The notes beneath the pieces were generated by a model, which had not been told where the DNA came from, searched no databases, and worked only from the letters and a program-made list of their open reading frames with translations. Made by a program: the position numbers and the translations under genes. A stretch of DNA of 64,000 bases, taken from positions 91,326,001-91,390,000 of the forward strand of contig OZ024747.1 in assembly GCA_964016885.1 (NCBI GenBank), given 5' to 3'. Below are positions 58,287 through 64,000 of this stretch, piece by piece. Every line of letters begins with the position of its first letter. Within the stretch, counting starts at the first letter, position 1. The DNA comes from Eledone cirrhosa (Eukaryota).

Positions 58287-58290
<4 letters not shown>
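58237..58290 (+). mobile_element. Penelope pLTR end fragment
   Basis: GGGTGAAAGCAGCGATTCTTTGCTTAAACTTTAATCTGTTATTTTAATAAATAT matches 54457-54510, followed by (TA)n. Confidence 0.85.
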
Positions 58291-58318
<28 letters not shown>

Positions 58319-61036
58319 ACTGATAAATGGAAAGTATCACTATTGTATAAATTATAGTATGCTTTCATCAGATAAAATACAATATTTGATGTATAAGATA
58401 GTGACATATCCAAAATATAGACCTCCACGGTCTGCTTACAATGGATATGTGAAAATAAATCTCAATTTCGTAGGATATAACTTAATATCACACAGAGAAT
58501 CTCAATTGAAACTCCAGTCTATATCACATATCTACTCAGTTTGCCCTCTTTAGCTTTACGCTACAGATGTTACATATATATATGAATTATATCCTTGCTA
58601 TATTATAGTCTTAATAACCAATATCCTCTGAATCTTACCAAACATACAGTAATGCTGTCAATCCCAAATGCCACATTATAATCATAAGTTCTAATTCTCT
58701 TCATTCCTTGAGTTTTCTTCTTCAGTCAGAAAATATTTATAATTAATAACGTTTTATCTTTCTGATCTCTTTCAATCAAACATTTGTCCCAATGGAAATG
58801 ATATATTTTAAATGAAATATTTTGCTTCTCTTTATTTTCATATCTAACTTGTTTTTCCTTATCAGTATGATTCATAATAATTTTAGTAGAAAGGATATGC
58901 AACCCCTGCTTGTCGTACGAAGTGATAAAATAATTAGTATAGTAACATGAAGGGCATCGGATCTGCTTCAGAGAACTCGTCCAACCCTTGCCAACATAGA
59001 ATCGCGGATGTAAAATCATGTTGATGCTGATATAGGGTAATAGATCATATTTCTTATATAAGGATATAGGGTAATAGATCATATTTCGTATGTAAGTATA
59101 TAGGGTAATAGATCATATTCTTATATATTATTGAATATTAACCCAAGTTTAATCAACAATAGCTCAACAATTACGATTTCAATTTGTAATGAAATAAATG
59201 GACGTATTGTTTTATATAGAAAGTATTTCCTATATTGAAAGAAATTTCACCAGCCTCCGTACGCATATGAACTTTAATGAAAGTTAGTTCTTTGGAAAAT
59301 TCAGGGATCTGAGAAGAGGAAACAAGTCTTTCTTCTTAGTGACAATCTATAACTTTTTTAGTCACATATATTCATATGCATAAACAGACCCACCACACTC
59401 ATTTATATCAAAGTGTCCATTAGAAGATGTTCGTTTTCATCATCAGAATATGTTTGTGAATTGTTCCGGCAAAATTATTCCGTCATGTTTTGTTTATCTT
59501 TCTCTATTTGACAGAGATACGATTTAGGATTGAATTCGCTACTATTTCTAGCATGTCATGAAGCCATGTAGATGATCCTTTTTTGGTTTCATATTAATTT
59601 AACTTTGCCTTGGAGTCACATTGTAGTTGTATTTTATTGTTTTAATTATGAGATTGACATCAAGTAAAACGTAATAATGATGATACACTTTAATCACGAT
59701 GACCACATATTCAGTGATATTAGCGTAGCTTAATTTCTGCAGTGTCGCAAATTTAAGACGATCAACATTTAAGCATTAAATCTGTTCTGGACTAAGAAGA
59801 AATTAAACAAGGCAATCTTTTGATGGAAATTCTAAATATTAACAGGAACTAGGGTAATGCAATATCATGGAAGAAAGAATATCTGATATTTGAAGAGAAA
59901 TAACCAGTAAACATAAGAATAATAATCACAGGGGATAAAGCTATGGAAATATAATTAGAAAAACAGAATACGTCTTACATTTTAACCTCAAACTTCAAAT
60001 TGTCATATCATATGAATTGTTTTCTATTTCATCTACTAATGAACGGCAACTTTGTTTTGTATATTCAAAGTTTCTCTGCTCATTTGAGAGTTAACCATTA
60101 CCTACAGAAATCTTTATTAATGAAGCATACCCAAAGGTGAGTCAACACCTATTAATAACATAACTTTGAAATAGATAACCACGTCTCATATTTTTCTTCC
60201 AGCATTTTCTCCAATAATTCTCTAACACTAACTATGTTCCCTCTTATATTAGTAAGAGTTTAAAACTAAAATCAATAATTCACCTCGTTTCTAGACATTC
60301 TACTCTTGAATTCTTAAAGCAATGTCTCATTTCCTTTCCCCAGAGACCAAAGATTACAAATATTTACTTAGCTATATAACTACAGACAATGCTAGAAACT
60401 ATTTGTTACATATATAATATTACGTACATAATACACTAAATCTTTAAAAAGTATGAATTAGATTACTTAGCGATAGTATTAATCTAGCGGATTAAAAAAA
60501 AACAACAAAAAGGCGCATATAAACCCATATCCCATATTTGTACGTATGATAAACATACATTTAGTCCTTTGGGTGTATTTTAAGATGTGATCATGTCATA
60601 GTTACCCCAAAATCAGAATATACGTTTCATTATCGTTTCAGTTCGCCAATGAACACTTACATACGTCCAGATGATAAGGGATAAAAGACACTGTCTCATA
60701 ATATATTTTGAAAACAAACTATTGGCAAACTTATATTTACATACTAAGATATGCATTATAGGTTAGCTTTAATTATCGATAAAATTCTTACAGCGGGATT
60801 CAGAATAGATACGATTTGGGACCCATATGCAATTCGTCTTCTATACCTAAGTTTCTAGTATTTATTTATTTATTTATTTAATCAATCTAAACGTCCGTAT
60901 AGAGCTAGTAAGCCATTTCAGAATAGGGGAAATATCTAGTACTTCTAACAATTGAGAAACAAAAAAAAAATGAAAAGTGAATATAAAAACAAATTTAGCA
61001 TATTGTGTTTAAATGGAAAACAAGGGAAGCTGTAAA

Positions 61037-61185
61037 TCAGCTAGATGTTATGGTTGGTAGATCTTTTCCAGTATATTGTATCTCCAATCTTGGTAGCTTT
61101 TTAAGGATTGGTTTCAAGAGATCCTCTCCCTGTCTGGTAGTTTCTACATTGGAACAGATAGAACGAAAGAGTTTCTGGGAAGTCA
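61037..61185 (-). CDS. Candidate terminal coding exon of an unidentified minus-strand gene
   Basis: Acceptor ATCATTTATTTACTCTATGTAG| then (V)TSQKLFRSICSNVETTRQGEDLLKPILKKLPRLEIQYTGKDLPTITSS*. Protein-like composition; not repeated in the window. Confidence 0.35.
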
Positions 61186-61314
61186 CTACATAGAGTAAAT
61201 AAATGATGACGAACTGTAACGACAATGAAATACATTCATCATTTTAATCGTGTGGTAGCTGTAACAGAATCACAACTTAATATGTTCACAGTTAGAACAA
61301 ATGTTTAGACAGTC

Positions 61315-61531
61315 TATCGACCTTTCGTCAAATCGGACCGAGGAAACAAAGTTTCCGTTGGTTGGTCTTTTCAATTGCTAGTACTATCTATCGGTCTCAA
61401 CTCCAGGTAAAAGGAACAACGTGAATATTGTCTTGCTCAAGGACATAACGCATCGCCCGGTCCAGGAATCGAACTCACAACCTTACGAATGCAAATCCAA
61501 TTCTCTAACCACTCAGCCACGCGACTTCACT
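61315..61531 (-). mobile_element. CORE-like tRNA-derived SINE (uninterrupted version of the 40100-40508 host)
   Basis: TGTCTTGCTCAAGGACATAACGCATC..CCGGTCCAGGAATCGAACTC...CTAACCACTCAGCCAC. Confidence 0.8.
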
Positions 61532-62852
61532 ACCAAATATTTATAATACGTAAAAATATATATATATGGGTTCATATACAATATTATAAAGTAGATTATG
61601 TCTTGTAAATTTTCATTACTTGTTGCATTTGTTTTATCACAACAAATTTCCCGAACAAGATTTTATGCTTTCTTATGAACTAAAATTATATTTCTTTAGT
61701 ATCCATTTTTTATAAAGTCCAGCACTAAAATTGGAGGGACTTAGAAATGAACTGTGTTGTTCAACAAAGAAAATGTTAGTTTAAGATCAGAGGAAAATCG
61801 ATTGCTCTCAGATTATCTCTAGATGAGTCAATAGAATGTTCGTCATACACTAAACAAAATCTCATAAAACATTAATAATAGTGTATACAGCGCTAACATT
61901 CCTTAATATTATCCCATACAATATGTCATCCATTTTTGTTGATTTTAATAATTTATGTCATTATTTCATTTAAAATATAATGAAAAGCAGACACACAAAA
62001 TCTATAAAAAAATTTCCATTTATTTAGAAAAAAAAATAGAATCGATATTTAATGAAACGTGTAGCGGTCATATAGAGAATTAGGATGAAAGTTAAGTATT
62101 ACAGCTTAAAATAAATGTGGGTCACATCTCCGACTTTATTTAACTATATTATAGCCTTTGCAACTAGTAAAATATGCGCTAAAAATTTCAATCTTAGAAC
62201 ACGCTCATTATTTACATACTAACATTCTCACTGAAAGATATGAGCTTCAAATTAAGGGAAAGTAGTGGCTGGATTTCCCTTGGTGTAGTGGTAACATGGT
62301 TGTCTGGCGTACAGTAGTTGTGTGGTTAGGATTCACACAGGCGATTCTGTTTTTCCTCATCTTTAGGAGTTATATCCTCGATTTATCCAAACCTATTACC
62401 ATCTCTATATACCCATAGTTATGTGTCATTAAGATTGTATTCGAATATGGATAAAGGCTAGCGATGCCGACCTATTCTTGGCATCCAGGTAGAATGAATG
62501 AATATTGCGGTTAAAAGGATATTCTATGTACTATTAAAATGACAATGGTTATTATAAATGGCTGCAATCCAACGACTGAAACTAGTAGAAGACTAAGAGA
62601 ATAGTGAATATGGAGAAGGAGAGAGAGATAGATAGTTTATATATCGACCAAAGAATGTACGGAAATATTAACCTCGACATATATGCAAACATACACAAAG
62701 GTTAATGTTAGAGAATTAGTTTTTCCGAGTTACTAATAAACATATTAAACTAAGTATTTATAATCATATTAGGAAACTAAAATACGGTAGTTGTTACTGA
62801 AAATCAATCAAATGGATGTCCGAATGTCACCTGGCTTCATTATTCTGGAATT

Positions 62853-63075
62853 GTGGTGGGTTGGCAATATCGGTATTACTTCAGACATCCTACTCTGTAG
62901 CATAGGGTTGTGGCCCTTTACGTTCTGAGTTCAAATCTCGCCGAGGTGAGCTTTGCCTTTCATCCTTAGGGGGTCGATAAAATAAAGCATCAGTAATGCA
63001 CTTGGGTCGATTTAATCGACTTTTCCCTCCCCCTTCACATAGCTAGCCCTGTGCCTAAAGTAGAATTAATTATTC
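62853..63075 (+). mobile_element. SINE family A
   Basis: B-box GAGTTCAAATCTC and core CTTTGCCTTTCATCCTTAGGGGGTCGATAAAATAAAG. Confidence 0.88.
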
Positions 63076-63499
63076 TGTAATGCACCTATGAAAATTGACT
63101 AAAACTGCACGTTTGTCTTTTCTGACACATTCAATGCGGGTATAAAATGATAAATTCGAATTTCTTAAGGCATACATCCAGAGAGAGATCCTAAATATTT
63201 TAAAGCAATAAAGATCAAGAAATTCAATAAGAATTTACTAAGACTTATATAGAAACGAAACTACCTTGAGAAATCCGAGGGAGTGATATAAAACACTAGA
63301 AATATTTCAGTTCTTACATATTTACTGAAGACAGGAAACGTTACTAATGAAATATTGTTAATAAAATAAGAGTATCGCATGAATATACTATCAGAAAATA
63401 GTATTCGAAACACATTCTTTCTCTAACATAAAACTTCTGCTTTCCTTCAACATCATATACAAAGTGCACCACGAAACACACCATCAACATGCGCACGCA

Positions 63500-63775
63500 C
63501 GCACTTCGAGGAGGGTAAACTCTCAAAATATAGGTCGCTCTCCGACAGGTTTACGGTCGAGCCCGTAGCAGTGGAGACTTCTGGTGCTCTTGGCTCAAGG
63601 ACCACCTCCCTACTCACCACCATCGGCACGGTGTTGGCTACCCGCAGGTATGAACCTCGTGAGTTGGAATGGCTCTTCCAACGTGTCTCCCTCACCATCC
63701 TCCAGGGAAACAACTTCTCTATGCTCTCCGCCGGGGCCACGGGGCCGTCAGCTCATGGATCCCCGTTTCTGTATA
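63500..63775 (+). mobile_element. CRE-like LINE 3' fragment, copy 3
   Basis: KLSKYRSLSDRFTVEPVAVETSGALG...WLFQRVSLTILQGN. Confidence 0.8.
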
Positions 63776-64000
63776 ATAGTGAGAGATGGGGAAAGCGAGA
63801 GAGGCGGAGGCAGTGAGTGAAAGAGCGAGAAATATCAACACACGCAAGCACATATACAGGTCATACAATTGCTGTCAAAACTTTCGTCACCTAAAGATGA
63901 AGAGAAGAAATGTGGACATTGAAATTTACGTCTTTCTCGATTATAAGAATAAATTTGTCACAGCGATAATGTTTTGAAATATGTTTAGGATAAAAATCAT

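Noticed and set aside
58359-60350. Short ORFs and APE-like words (YRPP on +, NIRG...ETWL on -)
   Set aside because: Isolated motifs on opposite strands with stops; possibly decayed LINE endonuclease but not supportable.
62277-62345. tRNA-like TCCCTTGGTGTAGTGGTAACATGG
   Set aside because: Only an A-box-like half; no intact T-arm or acceptor stem. At most a decayed SINE head.

Overview
AT-rich animal genomic DNA. The SINE families and (TA)n load resemble octopus/cephalopod genomes; this is an inference, not a database result. The dominant feature is a 21.3-kb array of an 18-bp unit (GCT AAT GCT ACT ACA ACT; 1,186 units, no net indel) at ~3981-25337. The ORF track misses its most plausible reading frame because that frame has no ATG. 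Plus-strand frame 3 is open from 3948 to TAG 25386-25388 and encodes ~7,140 aa of (A-N-A-T-T-T)n, with an N-x-T sequon in most units and a non-repetitive Thr-rich tail. A short signal-peptide-like ORF lies just upstream, exactly one T out of frame, and two splice acceptors are nearby. The in-register antisense frame (SSISSC)n is also open. The rest of the window is repeat-rich intergenic or intronic DNA. It holds a Penelope-like element (RT + GIY-YIG) with an inverted pLTR and a hammerhead-like motif, long hairpins inside (TA)n, CRE- and RTE-type LINE fragments, hAT/piggyBac/mariner MITEs, a Chapaev3-like remnant, many tRNA-derived SINEs with TSDs, a 78-bp minisatellite and one candidate host exon at ~61.1 kb.
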